This document shows, in pieces, positions 17,265 through 29,212 of a stretch of 64,000 bases of DNA; positions within the stretch are counted from its first letter, which is position 1; each line of letters begins with the position of its first letter. The notes under the pieces were generated by a model. It saw only the letters and a list, made by a program, of their open reading frames with translations. It did not search any database and was not told the DNA's origin. Source of the DNA: a candidate division WOR-3 bacterium. Lineage in GTDB: Bacteria; Hydrothermota; Tepidihabitantia; Tepidihabitantales; Tepidihabitantaceae. The stretch covers positions 128,001 to 192,000 of the forward strand of contig CBFGJX010000001.1 of the NCBI GenBank assembly GCA_965649225.1, in the 5' to 3' direction. The position numbers and the translations under genes were made by a program.

Positions 17265-17654
17265 TCACCAGACCTTGCAGACCACTTCTCCGCCAACGTG
17301 CTTGCGCCGAGCTTCGCGGTCGCTCAGGACCCCACGCGGCGTCGATAGCACAGCCAACCCCAGACCTCCGATGACCTTGGGAATCTCGTTTGCGCCAACA
17401 TAGACCCGGCGGCTCTGTCGTGAAACCATCTCAATCCCCCGTATCACCGAAGCTCCATCCTCATCATACTTCAGCGAAACTACTATACGACGACCGGTTC
17501 CTTCCCCTTCGACCTGAAAATTGCTCACAAAGCCTTCTTCCATCAGCACTCGCACAATCTCGTACTTCAGCTTTGAGAAAGGAACAGTCACTTCCTTGTG
17601 CCGTGCGCTGAGACCGTTGCGCAGGCAGGTCAAAAAGTCGGCAATCGGATCCAA
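17265..17654 (-). CDS. rpsH: 30S ribosomal protein S8 (TTG start)
   Basis: DPIADFLT.LRN, GLGLAVLSTPRG and GGEVVCKVW; GGAGG SD before TTG 17654. Confidence 0.96.
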   Translation of the reverse strand: MDPIADFLTCLRNGLSARHKEVTVPFSKLKYEIVRVLMEEGFVSNFQVEGEGTGRRIVVSLKYDEDGASVIRGIEMVSRQSRRVYVGANEIPKVIGGLGLAVLSTPRGVLSDREARRKHVGGEVVCKVW

Positions 17655-17667
17655 ACCTGAAAGCCTC

Positions 17668-17853
17668 CTACCAGGTCGCCTTACGGACGCCCGGAATTTC
17701 TCCGCGCAATGCCAGCTCCCTGAAACAAAGCCGGCAGAGAGCGAACTTGCGATATACTGCACGAGCCCGGAAACAACGCTGACAGCGACGGTGACGGCGG
17801 ACAGCAAACTTGGGCTCGCGCTGCGACTTGACGATCCAGCAACGACGCGCCAT
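17668..17853 (-). CDS. rpsN: 30S ribosomal protein S14, zinc-binding (type Z)
   Basis: 61 aa; CxxC...[18 protein letters not shown]. Confidence 0.95.
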   Translation of the reverse strand: MARRCWIVKSQREPKFAVRRHRRCQRCFRARAVYRKFALCRLCFRELALRGEIPGVRKATW

Positions 17854-18407
17854 CAGCTCCTGACCTTTCGAAACGGCAGATGAAGCTCTTCCAGCAAAGC
17901 CCGGGCTTCATCATCACGTTTCGCACTGGTATGAAAAGTGATATTCATTCCGAAAACCTTCTTCACCTTGGCTACTTCCAGCTCAGGAAACACCACCTGT
18001 TCACTCAACCCAAGACTGTAGCCACCCCGTCCGTCAAAGGAATCAACCGAGAATCCCTGAAAGTCACGGATACGCGGAGCAGCAAAACTGAACAGGCGGT
18101 CAATAAACTCATACATCCGGTTCCCGCGCAAAGTTACTTTCAGCCCCAGAGGCATGCCTTTGCGAATCTTGAAGGCTGATATCGCCCGCCGGGCATAAGT
18201 GCGAACCGGACGCTGACCGGTGATGGCTGCCATATCCTCGGCAATCACGTCCAGCACCTTGGCATCAGCCACTGCGTCCTTAGTGGTCATATTGACCACC
18301 ACCTTCAGGAGCTTGGGAACCTGTTGCAGGTTAGTGTAGCCAAAGCGCGCCTTTAGCGCCGGTATGATGCGCTCGGTATATTCCTTCCTCAACCGGGGCT
18401 CATTCAT
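17853..18407 (-). CDS. rplE: 50S ribosomal protein L5
   Basis: [20 protein letters not shown] and FDGRG motifs. Confidence 0.97.
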   Translation of the reverse strand: MNEPRLRKEYTERIIPALKARFGYTNLQQVPKLLKVVVNMTTKDAVADAKVLDVIAEDMAAITGQRPVRTYARRAISAFKIRKGMPLGLKVTLRGNRMYEFIDRLFSFAAPRIRDFQGFSVDSFDGRGGYSLGLSEQVVFPELEVAKVKKVFGMNITFHTSAKRDDEARALLEELHLPFRKVRS

Positions 18408-18724
18408 GCGTCAATTATCTCCTGGCACTGACGACAGATTCGAACCCTGCGGCCTTCATGCGGCTCCCGACGAACACTGGTCCGCTTGCCGCACTTAGGA
18501 CAGAGCAGTGCCACATTGGAAGCATCGATTGGATTCGGCAAGTCAACGATGCCGCCGGGTTTGCCCGCGCCACGCGGCCTCTGGTGCCGTTTCGCGAGAT
18601 TCAGGCCCTCAACGATGACTCGACGATGCCCACGTGAATCGACCTCAACGCGCAGAACCTTGCCTCTGCGACCTCGCTCCTCGCCCGTTATCACTTCAAC
18701 CAAATCACCCTTGCGCAGGTTCAC
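18404..18724 (-). CDS. rplX: 50S ribosomal protein L24
   Basis: KGDLVEVITG, VEGLN and PIDASNV motifs. Confidence 0.95.
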   Translation of the reverse strand: MNLRKGDLVEVITGEERGRRGKVLRVEVDSRGHRRVIVEGLNLAKRHQRPRGAGKPGGIVDLPNPIDASNVALLCPKCGKRTSVRREPHEGRRVRICRQCQEIIDA

Positions 18725-19092
18725 TAAACCACCTCCGGCGCCAGCGAGATGATCTTGGTAAACCTTCGTTCGCGCAACTCGCGCGCAACCGGCCCGAAGA
18801 CCCGGGTCCCCTTCGGTTCTCCCTTATCGTCAATCAGTACGCACGCGTTGTCGTCGAAGCGAACATAGGTTCCGTCATCGCGCCGATGTTCCTTGCGAGT
18901 CCGGACGATCACGGCCTTGGACTTGTCGCCTTCCTTGATCGCACCGGCCGGCAGTGCATCCTTGACCGTTACCATCACGGTATCGCCAAGCCAGCCGAAA
19001 CGGCGCTTCGAACCGCCGTAAATCTTGATTACCATGGCAACTCTCGCGCCGGAATTGTCGGCCACGACCAAACGACTGTATTCTTGAATCAT
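18724..19092 (-). CDS. rplN: 50S ribosomal protein L14
   Basis: [18 protein letters not shown] and KIISLAPEV. Confidence 0.97.
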   Translation of the reverse strand: MIQEYSRLVVADNSGARVAMVIKIYGGSKRRFGWLGDTVMVTVKDALPAGAIKEGDKSKAVIVRTRKEHRRDDGTYVRFDDNACVLIDDKGEPKGTRVFGPVARELRERRFTKIISLAPEVV

Positions 19093-19328
19093 ACCTTCTT
19101 GACGACGCGCCAGCGCTTGAGTCGAGACAACGGACGAGTCTCGACAATAAGCACCTTGTCGCCCTCCTGACATTCAGCTCGCTCGTCGTGAGCGTAGAAC
19201 CTGCTGCGCTTCTTGATGTACTTCTTATATTTGGGATGCAGCTCCAAACGGTCAACTGATACAACCACCGTCTTCTGCATCTTGGCCGAACTCACAACCC
19301 CGATCACTGTCCGGCGAGGCTTACGCAT
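19089..19328 (-). CDS. rpsQ: 30S ribosomal protein S17
   Basis: [17 protein letters not shown] and ETRPLS motifs. Confidence 0.96.
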   Translation of the reverse strand: MRKPRRTVIGVVSSAKMQKTVVVSVDRLELHPKYKKYIKKRSRFYAHDERAECQEGDKVLIVETRPLSRLKRWRVVKKV

Positions 19329-19539
19329 TTCGGTTCTCCGTCCGGCTGGTAGTACTCATCATCTCACGCAGCACTGTTTCGCACCTGGCGATGTCGCGCC
19401 GCAGCATCCTGAGCCGCAACGGATTTGGCAGCTCCTCCCCGGAGCGCCGCAATCGCAGCTTCAGCATTTCATCACGCAGCTCAGCAAGCCGGCGCATGAT
19501 GTCGTCACGCGTCATCTCGCGCAAGTCAGAAGCCTTCAC
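19321..19539 (-). CDS. rpmC: 50S ribosomal protein L29 (GTG start)
   Basis: KASDLRE and NP..LR..RRDIAR..T; operon position. Confidence 0.93.
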   Translation of the reverse strand: MKASDLREMTRDDIMRRLAELRDEMLKLRLRRSGEELPNPLRLRMLRRDIARCETVLREMMSTTSRTENRNA

Positions 19540-19954
19540 AAGTAATCTCCTCGCGCTCAACTATTCTGGTCCGACACGGCATCTTGCTCCCAGCCAGCCT
19601 TAGGGCGACTCGAGCCTCCTGAGTCGGCACGCCGCCGAGTTCGAACAAAACGGTTCCCGGCTTGACAACACTAACCCAGAGCTCAGGAGTTCCCTTGCCC
19701 TTCCCCATTCGCGATTCGGCTGCCTTCTTGGTAACCGGCTTGTCAGGGAAAATCCTGATCCAAAGCTTACCGGAACGCTTCAAGGCCTTCGCCAGACAGA
19801 CGCGGGCCGCCTCAATCTGACGGGCAGTCACCCAGCACGGCTCTAGAGCCATCAACCCATGTTCGCCAAAGTCAACACGGTTTGCTCTCGTCGCCTTGCC
19901 CTTCATCCGTCCCCGCATTGCCTTTCGGTACTTAACCCGCTTTGGCATCAACAT
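19526..19954 (-). CDS. rplP: 50S ribosomal protein L16
   Basis: [17 protein letters not shown] and RMGKGKG motifs. Confidence 0.97.
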   Translation of the reverse strand: MLMPKRVKYRKAMRGRMKGKATRANRVDFGEHGLMALEPCWVTARQIEAARVCLAKALKRSGKLWIRIFPDKPVTKKAAESRMGKGKGTPELWVSVVKPGTVLFELGGVPTQEARVALRLAGSKMPCRTRIVEREEITCEGF

Positions 19955-19970
19955 GGCTTCAATTCCTCAG

Positions 19971-20597
19971 CTAGTGGGCTATATCGCCCTTGTATATCCA
20001 AACCTTGACCCCGACAGTTCCCGCGATTGTGCGCGCGACTTCAACCGCGTAGTCAATGTCGGCCCTCAGGGTCTGAAGCGGAACCCGCCCTTCGCGATAC
20101 CATTCGCTGCGGGCAATCTCGTTGCCGCCAAGCCGGCCGGCCACCATCACCTTTATACCAAGAGCTCCAAGCCTCATCACTTGAGTGACAGCCCGCTTCA
20201 TAGCCCGACGATGTGCAACGCGCTGCTCCAGCTGACGGGCAATGTTCTGGGCGACAAGCCTGGCCTCCAGTTCAGGCACTCGCACGACTTCGACCTGGAT
20301 TTGGACATCGTGACCAACCAGCTGTCGAACCTCCTCGCGCAGCGCATCCAGAGCCTGGCGCCTTGCGCCAAAGACCATGCCCGGACGGGCGGTGTGAATC
20401 GTAACGGTCGTGCGATTGGCGACCCGCTTTATCTGAATATCAGCTATCATCGCCTCGGCAAGCTTGGTTTCCAGGTAGCGCCGAATCTTAAGGTCCTCAT
20501 GCAGGAAGGTGCGATAGTTCTTACGGTCGAACCAAGCCGACTTCCAGTCCTTGGTAATGCCCAGCCGAAAGCCCAACGGATGTGTCTTCTGCCCCAT
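19971..20597 (-). CDS. rpsC: 30S ribosomal protein S3
   Basis: MGQKTHPLGFRLG, GRVPLQTLRADIDY and GVKVWI. Confidence 0.97.
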   Translation of the reverse strand: MGQKTHPLGFRLGITKDWKSAWFDRKNYRTFLHEDLKIRRYLETKLAEAMIADIQIKRVANRTTVTIHTARPGMVFGARRQALDALREEVRQLVGHDVQIQVEVVRVPELEARLVAQNIARQLEQRVAHRRAMKRAVTQVMRLGALGIKVMVAGRLGGNEIARSEWYREGRVPLQTLRADIDYAVEVARTIAGTVGVKVWIYKGDIAH

Positions 20598-20600
20598 TGA

Positions 20601-20960
20601 CTAGACCCTGGCTCCCTTCTTAGTTACCACCCGGACATGAACGTGGACCATTCGCTTGCGAATCGGGGTTGCGCTACCCCTAGGCCCCGGTTGCCAACGT
20701 TTCATGATTGGCCCGGGAGTAACCCGCACCTCAGCTACCACAAGGTCCTCTTCACGCAGCTTGGCCTTACCGGCCTTGGCAATGGCATTTGCAACTGCTG
20801 AACGCAGTGTTTTCTGAACCGGCAGTTTGGACGGCTTGGCCAAGAATGCAAGTGTTCGCAGCGCCGTGGTAACATCCTGCCCCCGCACCAAGTCGGCGAC
20901 CAAAGCCAGCTTCTTGGCTGAACCGCGCTGGAATCTGCTCACCGCCATCGCTTCCAGCAT
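20601..20960 (-). CDS. rplV: 50S ribosomal protein L22
   Basis: SAKK..LVADLVRG, SAVANA and GP.MKRW.P..RG. Confidence 0.94.
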   Translation of the reverse strand: MLEAMAVSRFQRGSAKKLALVADLVRGQDVTTALRTLAFLAKPSKLPVQKTLRSAVANAIAKAGKAKLREEDLVVAEVRVTPGPIMKRWQPGPRGSATPIRKRMVHVHVRVVTKKGARV

Positions 20961-20961
20961 G

Positions 20962-21249
20962 CTACTTCTTCTCCTCGCCTTTTTCCTTGCGCTGGCCCGA
21001 GTGCTGTCGGAATGTCCGGGTCGGCGCAAACTCACCAAGACGATGCCCCACCATCCGTTCGGTTATGTAAACGGGCAGAAAACGGTTGCCATTGTGGACT
21101 GCGATCGTCTGCCCGACGAACTCCGGTGGAATCACGCTTCGTCGGGCATAGGTCTTCAGAGTACGTTTCTCGCCCGACTCAAGCAGTTGCCGGACACGTC
21201 GAAAGAGCTTTTCGTCAATGTATGGGCCCTTGCGAATTGACCGTCCCAT
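20962..21249 (-). CDS. rpsS: 30S ribosomal protein S19
   Basis: [10 protein letters not shown] and [13 protein letters not shown]. Confidence 0.97.
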   Translation of the reverse strand: MGRSIRKGPYIDEKLFRRVRQLLESGEKRTLKTYARRSVIPPEFVGQTIAVHNGNRFLPVYITERMVGHRLGEFAPTRTFRQHSGQRKEKGEEKK

Positions 21250-22076
21250 CAGCGCTTTCTCCTCTGAACTATCCAGCGGGTTGACTGCTTCTTTGGATTG
21301 CGAGTTCGATAACCCTTCGCCGGAATACCACGTTCAGAACAAGGATGCCGTCCGCCCGAGCTCTTGCCCTCGCCACCGCCCATCGGATGATCAATCGGAT
21401 TCATGGCGACCGCCCGAACACGGGGACGACGTCCGCGGTGTCGAACCCTTCCCGCCTTGCCGACCGATACGTCTTTATGCTCCGGATTGGAAACGCGACC
21501 GACGGTGGCCATACAGGCCTTGTGAAACTTGCGCAATTCGCCCGAAGGAAGCTTCACGACTGCAAGATCGTCTTCCTTGGCCATCAGCTGGGCTGCAGTC
21601 CCAGCCGATCGAACAAGAAAGGAATTACTCTGAGGGTAGAGTTGAAGGTTGTGTATCTCGATCCCAGCCGGCATATCACCCAACGGCATCGCATTACCTT
21701 CGCGAATCGGCAGATTGCGGCCGGACATGACTGTATCGCCGACCTTCAAACCCATCGGGCACAGAATGTAACGGTACTCGCCGTCAGCATGAGCTACCAA
21801 AGCTATCCGACTAGATCGATTCGGGTCATACTCAATGGATACCACCCGGCCAGGCACGCCCGTCTTGTCGCGTCGAAAGTCGATGATTCGATAATGGCGT
21901 CTCTCACCGCCCCCCCGACATTTCGCCGTAATTCTCCCCGTGTTGTTTCTTCCGGCCGTCTTCCGCTTAGGCTCGGTCAACGGCCGATACGGCTCCTGTC
22001 GGGTCAAATCATCCCGTGTAATGACACTGTAATAGCGTCGCGCCGGGGTGATCGGTCGATAACTCTTTGTCGGCAT
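21249..22076 (-). CDS. rplB: 50S ribosomal protein L2
   Basis: [17 protein letters not shown] and [14 protein letters not shown]. Confidence 0.97.
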   Translation of the reverse strand: MPTKSYRPITPARRYYSVITRDDLTRQEPYRPLTEPKRKTAGRNNTGRITAKCRGGGERRHYRIIDFRRDKTGVPGRVVSIEYDPNRSSRIALVAHADGEYRYILCPMGLKVGDTVMSGRNLPIREGNAMPLGDMPAGIEIHNLQLYPQSNSFLVRSAGTAAQLMAKEDDLAVVKLPSGELRKFHKACMATVGRVSNPEHKDVSVGKAGRVRHRGRRPRVRAVAMNPIDHPMGGGEGKSSGGRHPCSERGIPAKGYRTRNPKKQSTRWIVQRRKR

Positions 22077-22078
22077 CT

Positions 22079-22366
22079 TCAGCGCTCCAATGCCTCGATC
22101 GTCTCGCCCTGTTTGATCGTGACGACCGCCTTCTTCCAATCTGGCCGACGCCCTTGGAATCGCCCCATGCGCTTGACTTTACCACGCATGTTCACAACCC
22201 GGACATCGGTAACGTGGACCTTGAAAAGACGCTCAACAGCACGACGAATGTCGATCTTGTTCGCAGCAACCGCCACCCGAAAGGTGTAGCTGTTAGCCTC
22301 TGCCTTCAGTCGTTCCGATTTCTCCGTGACAACTGCACCAACGATGACCCGATCTGCCTCAACCAT
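22079..22366 (-). CDS. rplW: 50S ribosomal protein L23
   Basis: TEKS, ANKIDI..AVE..F.V and WKKAVVT. Confidence 0.96.
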   Translation of the reverse strand: MVEADRVIVGAVVTEKSERLKAEANSYTFRVAVAANKIDIRRAVERLFKVHVTDVRVVNMRGKVKRMGRFQGRRPDWKKAVVTIKQGETIEALER

Positions 22367-22992
22367 TACGCGACTCCCGCGTTCCTTGTCAGCACTGCCA
22401 ATGCGCTTTCCGTCACAACAACCCAGTCAGGTCGTAGGATAGCGTAAGGCGCCACACGATCCGCTGCAACGACTTCAAGCCCGGGAATATTTCGACTGGC
22501 GCGCCTCAATTCAACAGGAACAGTATCAACCATCAGCAGAACAGAACCCTTCACGCCTATACCTGCTAGAATCTTGGCCATTTCGCTAGTCTTGGGGGCT
22601 GGCAGCTGGAAATCCTCCATGACCAGCAAAGCTCCGGCTGCATGACGCTCCGAAAGAGCCATACAGAGTGCCCGGCGACGGAGCTTCTTGGGCAACTCGT
22701 AGCTATAATCGCGGGGACGGGGGCCAAAAACAACACCGCCCCCACGGAAAATCGGACTCCGCCGTGAGCCATGACGTGCCCGCCCAGTGTGCTTCTGACG
22801 ATAGGGTTTTTTCCCGGTGCCCGAAACCTCAGCCCGGGTCTTGGTACAGCTGTTGCCTTGACGCTGATTCGCCAAGTAGCAGCGCACCGACTCCCAGAGT
22901 ATACCGCTGGACGCGCTGACCCCGAAAACAGCTTCAGGCAAGGTCACCTTGCCCTTGATTGCACCAGTAGCAGTCTTGACTTCGGTTTCCAT
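22366..22992 (-). CDS. rplD: 50S ribosomal protein L4
   Basis: [26 protein letters not shown] and [10 protein letters not shown]. Confidence 0.96.
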   Translation of the reverse strand: METEVKTATGAIKGKVTLPEAVFGVSASSGILWESVRCYLANQRQGNSCTKTRAEVSGTGKKPYRQKHTGRARHGSRRSPIFRGGGVVFGPRPRDYSYELPKKLRRRALCMALSERHAAGALLVMEDFQLPAPKTSEMAKILAGIGVKGSVLLMVDTVPVELRRASRNIPGLEVVAADRVAPYAILRPDWVVVTESALAVLTRNAGVA

Positions 22993-23000
22993 GGGAAGCT

Positions 23001-23615
23001 TCAAACCTTCTTCACCACCAACAGACCACCCCGGTGTCCAGGAACAGCCCCATGAACATAGAGCAATCCCTGTTGCGGATCGACTCGGACCACTTTGAGG
23101 TTTCTCACCGTTACTCGTTCAACGCCGTAATGACCTGCCATTGTTCTGCCGGGCAGAACCCGCCCGGGAGAAGTACCAGAGCCGGCCGAACCAATCCGTC
23201 GATGCGTCATCGAACCATGCGAAGCCGGCCCGCCTCTCCATCCCCATCGCCTTACGCCACCGGCAAAACCCCGGCCGCGGGTGACACCGGTTACTGCCAC
23301 TTTGTCACCAGGCTGGAACATTTCAACGCCCAAACGGGCACCGACTTTGAAAGCAGAACTGTCGGCAACTCTGATTTCTCTCAGAAAGCGTTTCGGCTCC
23401 ACTCCGGCTTTCTTGTAATGGCCGATCTCTGGTTTGGTAGCCCGGCGGGTTGGACGTCCGATTCCAAGCTGGACTGCCTCGTAGCCGTCCTGCTTAGCTG
23501 TACGTTTGGCGACAACCGTGCAGTCAGGAACAGCAATCGCCGTCGCCGACCAGACAACACCCCTGTCGTCGTAAATCTGGCACATTTCGCGCTTTATCCC
23601 AAGCAAGCCGGTCAT
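23001..23615 (-). CDS. rplC: 50S ribosomal protein L3
   Basis: [19 protein letters not shown] and GAVPG motifs. Confidence 0.96.
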   Translation of the reverse strand: MTGLLGIKREMCQIYDDRGVVWSATAIAVPDCTVVAKRTAKQDGYEAVQLGIGRPTRRATKPEIGHYKKAGVEPKRFLREIRVADSSAFKVGARLGVEMFQPGDKVAVTGVTRGRGFAGGVRRWGWRGGPASHGSMTHRRIGSAGSGTSPGRVLPGRTMAGHYGVERVTVRNLKVVRVDPQQGLLYVHGAVPGHRGGLLVVKKV

Positions 23616-23935
23616 GCCGATTTAATCTCCACTTCAACGCCGGCCGGCACCTCAAGCTTCATCAATGCGTCAACCATCTCGGCCGTAGCGTTGGATATCT
23701 CAATCAACCGCTTGTGTACCCGCAACTCAAACTGCTCGCGCGAGCGCTTATCCACGTGCGGTGAACGAAGCACTGTAAACAACGTACGCTTAGTCGGCAA
23801 AGGAACGGGCCCCGACACCTGTGCCCCGGTGCGCTTGGCCACATCAACAATATCGCGAGCAGACTGGTCAAGGACACGGTTATCGTGTGCTTTCAGCTTT
23901 ATGCGAATCTTTTTCGAGCTTCTTATTAAACTCAT
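23612..23935 (-). CDS. rpsJ: 30S ribosomal protein S10
   Basis: [15 protein letters not shown] and [14 protein letters not shown]. Confidence 0.97.
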   Translation of the reverse strand: MSLIRSSKKIRIKLKAHDNRVLDQSARDIVDVAKRTGAQVSGPVPLPTKRTLFTVLRSPHVDKRSREQFELRVHKRLIEISNATAEMVDALMKLEVPAGVEVEIKSA

Positions 23936-24047
23936 GTCAAATCATAAAAGCCAATGCGACCAATCAGTTCGTCTTCAATCCTTTGCTCTTTTGCGCTGGG
24001 GCCTGAAGTCTAGTTCGGCCCGATCGCCGCTCTGGCGAAAGCCGGAC

Positions 24048-24075
24048 AATATACTAACATCGGCCGCGATGTCAA
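24048..24075 (-). promoter_or_regulatory. sigma70 promoter of the S10-spc operon
   Basis: TTGACA-16 nt-TATATT, about 110 nt upstream of rpsJ. Confidence 0.65.
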
Positions 24076-24103
24076 TAGCTGATTTGACCCATGTCAAGGT
24101 TGG

Positions 24104-25807
24104 TCATCGCCTTGCACGCTGCAGCGTCTCAAGCTCAGCCAGCAGCTGCCGAAACAACCCGCTTCCCGGGTCCAGGCCGACCGCGCGTCGAGCAGACACG
24201 ACGGCTTCATCGATGCTACCGCGTCTCTGCAACATCCGGGCAAGATTATAGGCTATCCCGGCATCGCTTGGATCCAATTCAGCAGCACGCTTCAAACAGC
24301 CAATTGCCCCAGCGGCGTCTCCTCGAAGATGAAGCACAATGCCAAGATTGTTGTACGCCAAGGCATATTCCGGCATCAAGGCAATAGCCCGACGATATGC
24401 CTCCTCGGCTTCATCCAAACGCCGAACCGCCTGTAATGAAGCCCCAAGGTTGGACCAGGCAAGGCCTTGGCTTGAGTCCAAAGCTATCACCTGCCGGTAG
24501 CAACTGATCGCCCCTTCCAGGTCGCCCAGTTTGCGCAGCTCAAACGCAAGATTGAAGTATCCGGCAGGGTTGCCCGGTGACTCAACTGTCATCCGCTGGT
24601 AAAGCTCAAAGCTATTTCGCCATACGCCCGAACGCCGGATCGCCAAGAGCACAAAACCTGCCACCAGAACGACACTTACAACAACCAGCACTACGGCAAT
24701 CTGCCGCCCCCGGGCAGCTAGGCGCGAAAGAAAAACAGCGCAAAAGGGAACAAACGCAACGGCTGGCAGATAGAAACATCGCCCCAAGGGCCCGAACTGA
24801 GCCAACGCTGATGCGGGAACCACCAATGCAACGGCTGACGACCAGAGAACGATTCGACTATCTCTACTTGCGTTCTTGTGGCGCATCAGAAACCAACCAA
24901 AACAAATAAAAATACCGAGTGGTAACAGCCAAAGAGTCGGCCGACTGAGCTCTGCACCATCCCAGGCGAAGACACGCCGCGAAAATGGCACCAAACCAAA
25001 AAGCATGGTCCTTCCGGCGTTATTGAGGGCCAAGGTCAGCGAAGCACCTGAGACTTCGGACAGGTTCATGCCCGCTGCGGAACCCAACACCAGACGGCGG
25101 ATCACCAGATACACCAAGGTGATCACGATACAGCCACCTGACAGCACCCATTTGCTGGTGAATTGCGGCCGGCGCCGCACAAGCAGCACGATGCCGATGC
25201 AAATCACCGCCATAATCAGTGCCGCTTCCTTTGCGAACAGAGCGATAGCCAGCCCACCCCAGATAAGAGCCACGTGACGCCAACGCTGCAGATTCAACCA
25301 GCGCAACAGACCACCGAGCATCAACGCGATTCCTAAAGCGCAAATTATGTCAGTACGCCCACTTACGTAACCAACACTATCGGCAAGCATTGGATGAACG
25401 CCGAATATCATTCCGGCCCCGCAAGCGGCAAGGACTGGTGCGCCGGTCACGATTGTCAATACGTAAACCAAAACTGCATTGAAGCTGTGCAACAAACAAT
25501 TGACCAAGTGATAGTACCATGCCGAACCGCGACCAATAATCCGGTCAAGCCTGAGGCTGAAGTTTACCAATGGTCGGTAATAGGGATCGTCGCCCAACAG
25601 ACGAGTAGTGTGGCCATGCCAGAAGCTCTGTCCGAAAGCAGACAAAGGGGCATCTCGATTCAGCTGTACAAGGTCGACGTCATCCCAGACCAAGAGGAAT
25701 CTTACGGTCGGTAGATAGACCGCCAAAGCTACAACCCAGCACAAGACAGCTGGCAGCCACTTGCTCGCCCTCGGCCGACTGCCGGACTGCAGGGAAGCTC
25801 TGTTCAT
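24104..25807 (-). CDS. TMTC-like GT-C membrane glycosyltransferase (protein O-mannosyltransferase-like) with C-terminal TPRs
   Basis: WDD, YYRPL, HP...SV.Y..GR.D and KE motifs; many TM helices; TPR tail; upstream TTGACT-16-TAGGAT favours ATG 25807. Confidence 0.8.
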   Translation of the reverse strand: MNRASLQSGSRPRASKWLPAVLCWVVALAVYLPTVRFLLVWDDVDLVQLNRDAPLSAFGQSFWHGHTTRLLGDDPYYRPLVNFSLRLDRIIGRGSAWYYHLVNCLLHSFNAVLVYVLTIVTGAPVLAACGAGMIFGVHPMLADSVGYVSGRTDIICALGIALMLGGLLRWLNLQRWRHVALIWGGLAIALFAKEAALIMAVICIGIVLLVRRRPQFTSKWVLSGGCIVITLVYLVIRRLVLGSAAGMNLSEVSGASLTLALNNAGRTMLFGLVPFSRRVFAWDGAELSRPTLWLLPLGIFICFGWFLMRHKNASRDSRIVLWSSAVALVVPASALAQFGPLGRCFYLPAVAFVPFCAVFLSRLAARGRQIAVVLVVVSVVLVAGFVLLAIRRSGVWRNSFELYQRMTVESPGNPAGYFNLAFELRKLGDLEGAISCYRQVIALDSSQGLAWSNLGASLQAVRRLDEAEEAYRRAIALMPEYALAYNNLGIVLHLRGDAAGAIGCLKRAAELDPSDAGIAYNLARMLQRRGSIDEAVVSARRAVGLDPGSGLFRQLLAELETLQRARR

Positions 25808-25874
25808 GTCCAACAGCATCCTAGCTTCTGGATCAGGCCAGTCAAACTGGCCCCGGGACCGTAACCAACATCCC

Positions 25875-25902
25875 TTGACTCACTCGGCACTGCCACTATA
25901 CT
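25875..25902 (+). promoter_or_regulatory. sigma70 promoter for tRNA-Leu-tig-clpPX
   Basis: TTGACT-16 nt-TATACT, 10 nt before the tRNA. Confidence 0.7.
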
Positions 25903-25912
25903 CAACCGCCTT

Positions 25913-25994
25913 GCGAGGGTGGCGGAACTGGCAGACGCGCTGGACTTAGGATCCAGTCCTCAACAGGGTGGGGGTTCAACTCCCCCTCCTCGCA
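25913..25994 (+). tRNA. tRNA-Leu(TAG), CCA not encoded
   Basis: GCGAGGG/TCCTCGC acceptor stem; CTGGA-CTTAGGA-TCCAG anticodon arm; classic position before tig. Confidence 0.95.
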
Positions 25995-26040
25995 TGACAG
26001 ATTCAGCCCGCCAGCAGTAAACTCATTAAGGAGTATTGAC

Positions 26041-27255
26041 TTGGAGAAGGTCGTTGCCGCGCCAACCGCGTGGTTGCGTGAGATAGAAGTAACAATTGAG
26101 CCGGATCGACTCAACAGCCGGGTTGACGAACTGCTTGCTGAGTATGGCCCGAAGGCAGTTGTGCCGGGCTTTCGTCCGGGACGCGTGTCTGCGACAGTAT
26201 TGCGGCGTCGGCTCGGTCCAGCGCTGGAAACGGGAGCTGTCGAGGAACTTGTTGAAGCAGCAGCAACTGAGGCAATTTCCGAAATTGACGTAATACCGGC
26301 GTCGCGCCCCCGTCTCATCGATCTGCAAGTGGACCCGGACAAGACAATCCACTTTCGCTTGAGCGTTGAGGTGGTACCTGATTTCGAACTCAGGGACTGG
26401 CAAGGCCTCAAACTGAAAAAAGAAGTGCCCACCGGTTTCGAGGACGAGTTTCAGCGCCGACTGGACGCTCTACGCGAAAAATGCGCCCGCTTTCAACCGG
26501 TCAACCGACCCGCCCGCTCTGGCGACTTCGTCCTTGTTGACTATCGCACGATAGAAAACGGCAATGACGTCGTGCCACCCCGACAGAACGTCCTGATGCA
26601 CATCGGTGACCCATTGCAGCCGGAGCCGGTCAATCTGGCCTTGGAGGGCGCATCACCGGGAGAAGAACGACAGGCTCAGGTTACTTTCCCAGACGATTAC
26701 CCTGACCGCAACATCGCCGGTCACACCCGCCAGTACCTTTTCCGAGTCCACGAAGTTAAAGAACGGATTGTTCCCGAAGTGGACGAGCAGCTCGCCCGTG
26801 ACCTGGGTTATGCCGATCTGGACAGCATGCGCCGCGAAATCAACGAGGGCATTCTGCAGGATCGGGCCGAGCTAGTCCGTAACGGCCTTAAAAACCAAGT
26901 CTTCGACCTGCTGGTTAGCGCACATGACTTCGAGCCACCCCAGACCTGGGTGGAATCATCGCTGCAGCGACTCCGTACCCAGTACGACTTGCCCGACGAC
27001 GATGATACTCGTACCCGACTTGAACCAATAGCACGCAAGTGGGCAAAGTTTGACTGCATCGTTGCCCGCATTGCCCGAATGGAAAAAATCGCTGTCACGG
27101 ACGACGAAACACACAGTTTTGCCAACCAGATCGCGACCGAAACCGGTCAACCACTCGAAGAGGTTATTCAACTGCTGGACTCGCCGGCATGGCGCAACCA
27201 GCTTCTTCGCGACAAGGTAATGGACCGCATACTGGAGGCAGCCGATGTCACCTGA
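26041..27255 (+). CDS. tig: Trigger factor
   Basis: VPGFRPG ribosome-binding motif; FKBP-like VTFPDDY; TAAGGAG SD with TTG start; synteny with clpPX. Confidence 0.93.
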   Translation: MEKVVAAPTAWLREIEVTIEPDRLNSRVDELLAEYGPKAVVPGFRPGRVSATVLRRRLGPALETGAVEELVEAAATEAISEIDVIPASRPRLIDLQVDPDKTIHFRLSVEVVPDFELRDWQGLKLKKEVPTGFEDEFQRRLDALREKCARFQPVNRPARSGDFVLVDYRTIENGNDVVPPRQNVLMHIGDPLQPEPVNLALEGASPGEERQAQVTFPDDYPDRNIAGHTRQYLFRVHEVKERIVPEVDEQLARDLGYADLDSMRREINEGILQDRAELVRNGLKNQVFDLLVSAHDFEPPQTWVESSLQRLRTQYDLPDDDDTRTRLEPIARKWAKFDCIVARIARMEKIAVTDDETHSFANQIATETGQPLEEVIQLLDSPAWRNQLLRDKVMDRILEAADVT

Positions 27256-27373
27256 TAACCAGGCAGCTGGCCTGCCCCGTTCTCGGCAGTCACAGACTGT
27301 GTTGCGAGTTGCCCTCGAGTCGCATCACCCGGAAACCAAAGTTTTTGTCCAAGAAATGCCCGAGGAGGTACCC

Positions 27374-27958
27374 TTGCTTATCCCGATAGTAATCGAGCAG
27401 ACTGGACGTGGAGAACGTGCCTACGACATTTACTCGCGTCTGCTCAAGGAACGGATTATATTTGTTGGTTCCCCTATTGACGACAACGTCGCCAATCTTG
27501 TTGTTGCCCAGTTGCTCTATCTGGCAGCAGAAGACTCTGCCAAGGACATCAACCTCTACATCAATTCGCCGGGCGGGGTAGTTTCGGCCGGACTGGCAAT
27601 CTACGACACCATGCGTTACATCAAACCCCGTGTCTCCACCACCTGCGTCGGAATGGCCGCCTCGATAGCCGCTTTGCTGCTTGCGGCAGGAGACAAAGGT
27701 CGACGCTTTGCACTCCCTCGCTCCAGAGTAATGATTCATCAGCCCTCGGCGTTTGGAATATCGGGGCAAGCTACCGACATCGAAATTTCTGCCCGCGAAA
27801 TAATCAAACTCAAGCAGCAACTGACTGAGATTCTCGCCACTCACACGGGCCAGACCGTCGAACGTATCGCGCAGGATTCCGATCGCAATTTTTTCATGTC
27901 AGCCCAGGAAGCCCAAGCCTACGGTATAATTGACGAAGTAATCGAGAAACGCAAATGA
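27374..27958 (+). CDS. clpP: ATP-dependent Clp protease proteolytic subunit (TTG start)
   Basis: [29 protein letters not shown] and [17 protein letters not shown]. Confidence 0.96.
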   Translation: MLIPIVIEQTGRGERAYDIYSRLLKERIIFVGSPIDDNVANLVVAQLLYLAAEDSAKDINLYINSPGGVVSAGLAIYDTMRYIKPRVSTTCVGMAASIAALLLAAGDKGRRFALPRSRVMIHQPSAFGISGQATDIEISAREIIKLKQQLTEILATHTGQTVERIAQDSDRNFFMSAQEAQAYGIIDEVIEKRK

Positions 27959-29208
27959 ACGACCGCCCTCGCCAGCGGCCTCCGGCTGCACGACGGTGCT
28001 CGTTCTGCGGTCAGGCCGGGAGCCCCGAACACCGCCTGGTTATCGGCCGACGTTCGGCCATCTGCGAAAACTGCACCAGAGCGGCTCATAACGCGTTCGC
28101 CTCAGCACGTACCGAACCGGCCCAGAGTCTTCCGGTCGAGCTGCCTAAGCCCGCCGAAATCAAGGCATTTCTCGATGGCTACGTGATTGGTCAGGAACGC
28201 GCAAAAAAGGTAGTGTCAGTTGCGGTCTACAACCACTACAAGCGTGTGCGAGCCCGTCACGACAACGTTGACCTCGGCAAGAGCAACATACTGCTGATCG
28301 GACCGACCGGGGTTGGCAAGACTCTGATCGCTGAAACACTTGCCCGTTTTTTGCACGTCCCGTTTTCGATTTCCGACGCCACCCCGCTCACCGAAGCCGG
28401 TTACGTCGGCGAGGATGTGGAAAACGTTCTCCTGCATCTGCTGCAGGCGGCTGATTTTGACATCCGACGCGCCGAAACCGGTATCGTCTACCTCGATGAG
28501 GTGGACAAGATTGCCCGGCGCGCTGACTCGCCCTCAATTACCCGTGACGTCTCCGGCGAGGGTGTTCAGCAAGCGCTACTCAAGATACTTGAAGGTACGA
28601 TTGCCAGCGTTCCGCCGGCAGGGGGGCGCAAACACCCTGAACAGCAGTACATCAGACTCGACACCAGAGGCATTCTCTTCATATGCGGCGGCACCTTCGA
28701 TGGTCTGGAACGAATAATCGAACGACGGGTGCGAGCTTCATCCATCGGTTTTCATTCTGACCCAACCTCCGGTTCGCCGCATTCCCTCGACGAACTGCTG
28801 CCATTGGTGGAACCCCAAGACCTGATTCGTTACGGGCTGATACCTGAGTTTGTTGGACGGCTGCCCGTCACCGCCACCCTGCACAGCTTATCCAGTGAAG
28901 CACTTGTTGATATACTGGTACGACCGCGCAACGCTCTGGTGCGACAATACACCCACTACTTCGAACTGGAAGGAGTGAAGCTTACCTTCACCCCTGAAGC
29001 CCTAAAGGTCGCGGCTGAGCTTGCCGCCGCCCGGAAGACTGGCGCCCGTGCACTGCGCACGATACTGGAAGACGCAATGCTCGACATTATGTTCGAGCTA
29101 CCCTCGCTGACCGACGTTGCAGAAGTCATAATCACGCCGGCAGCCATTCGAAAAGAGCAGCCGCCCGAACTTGTGTCCGGACGGCTGGCCGTGAAAAAAG
29201 CCCTCTAG
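27955..29208 (+). CDS. clpX: ATP-dependent Clp protease ATP-binding subunit ClpX
   Basis: CSFC zinc finger, [22 protein letters not shown] and IGF loops. Confidence 0.96.
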   Translation: MNDRPRQRPPAARRCSFCGQAGSPEHRLVIGRRSAICENCTRAAHNAFASARTEPAQSLPVELPKPAEIKAFLDGYVIGQERAKKVVSVAVYNHYKRVRARHDNVDLGKSNILLIGPTGVGKTLIAETLARFLHVPFSISDATPLTEAGYVGEDVENVLLHLLQAADFDIRRAETGIVYLDEVDKIARRADSPSITRDVSGEGVQQALLKILEGTIASVPPAGGRKHPEQQYIRLDTRGILFICGGTFDGLERIIERRVRASSIGFHSDPTSGSPHSLDELLPLVEPQDLIRYGLIPEFVGRLPVTATLHSLSSEALVDILVRPRNALVRQYTHYFELEGVKLTFTPEALKVAAELAAARKTGARALRTILEDAMLDIMFELPSLTDVAEVIITPAAIRKEQPPELVSGRLAVKKAL

Positions 29209-29212
29209 GCCG

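Noticed and set aside
23034..24251. 405-aa plus-strand ORF
   Set aside because: Antisense to rplC and rpsJ; no family motifs
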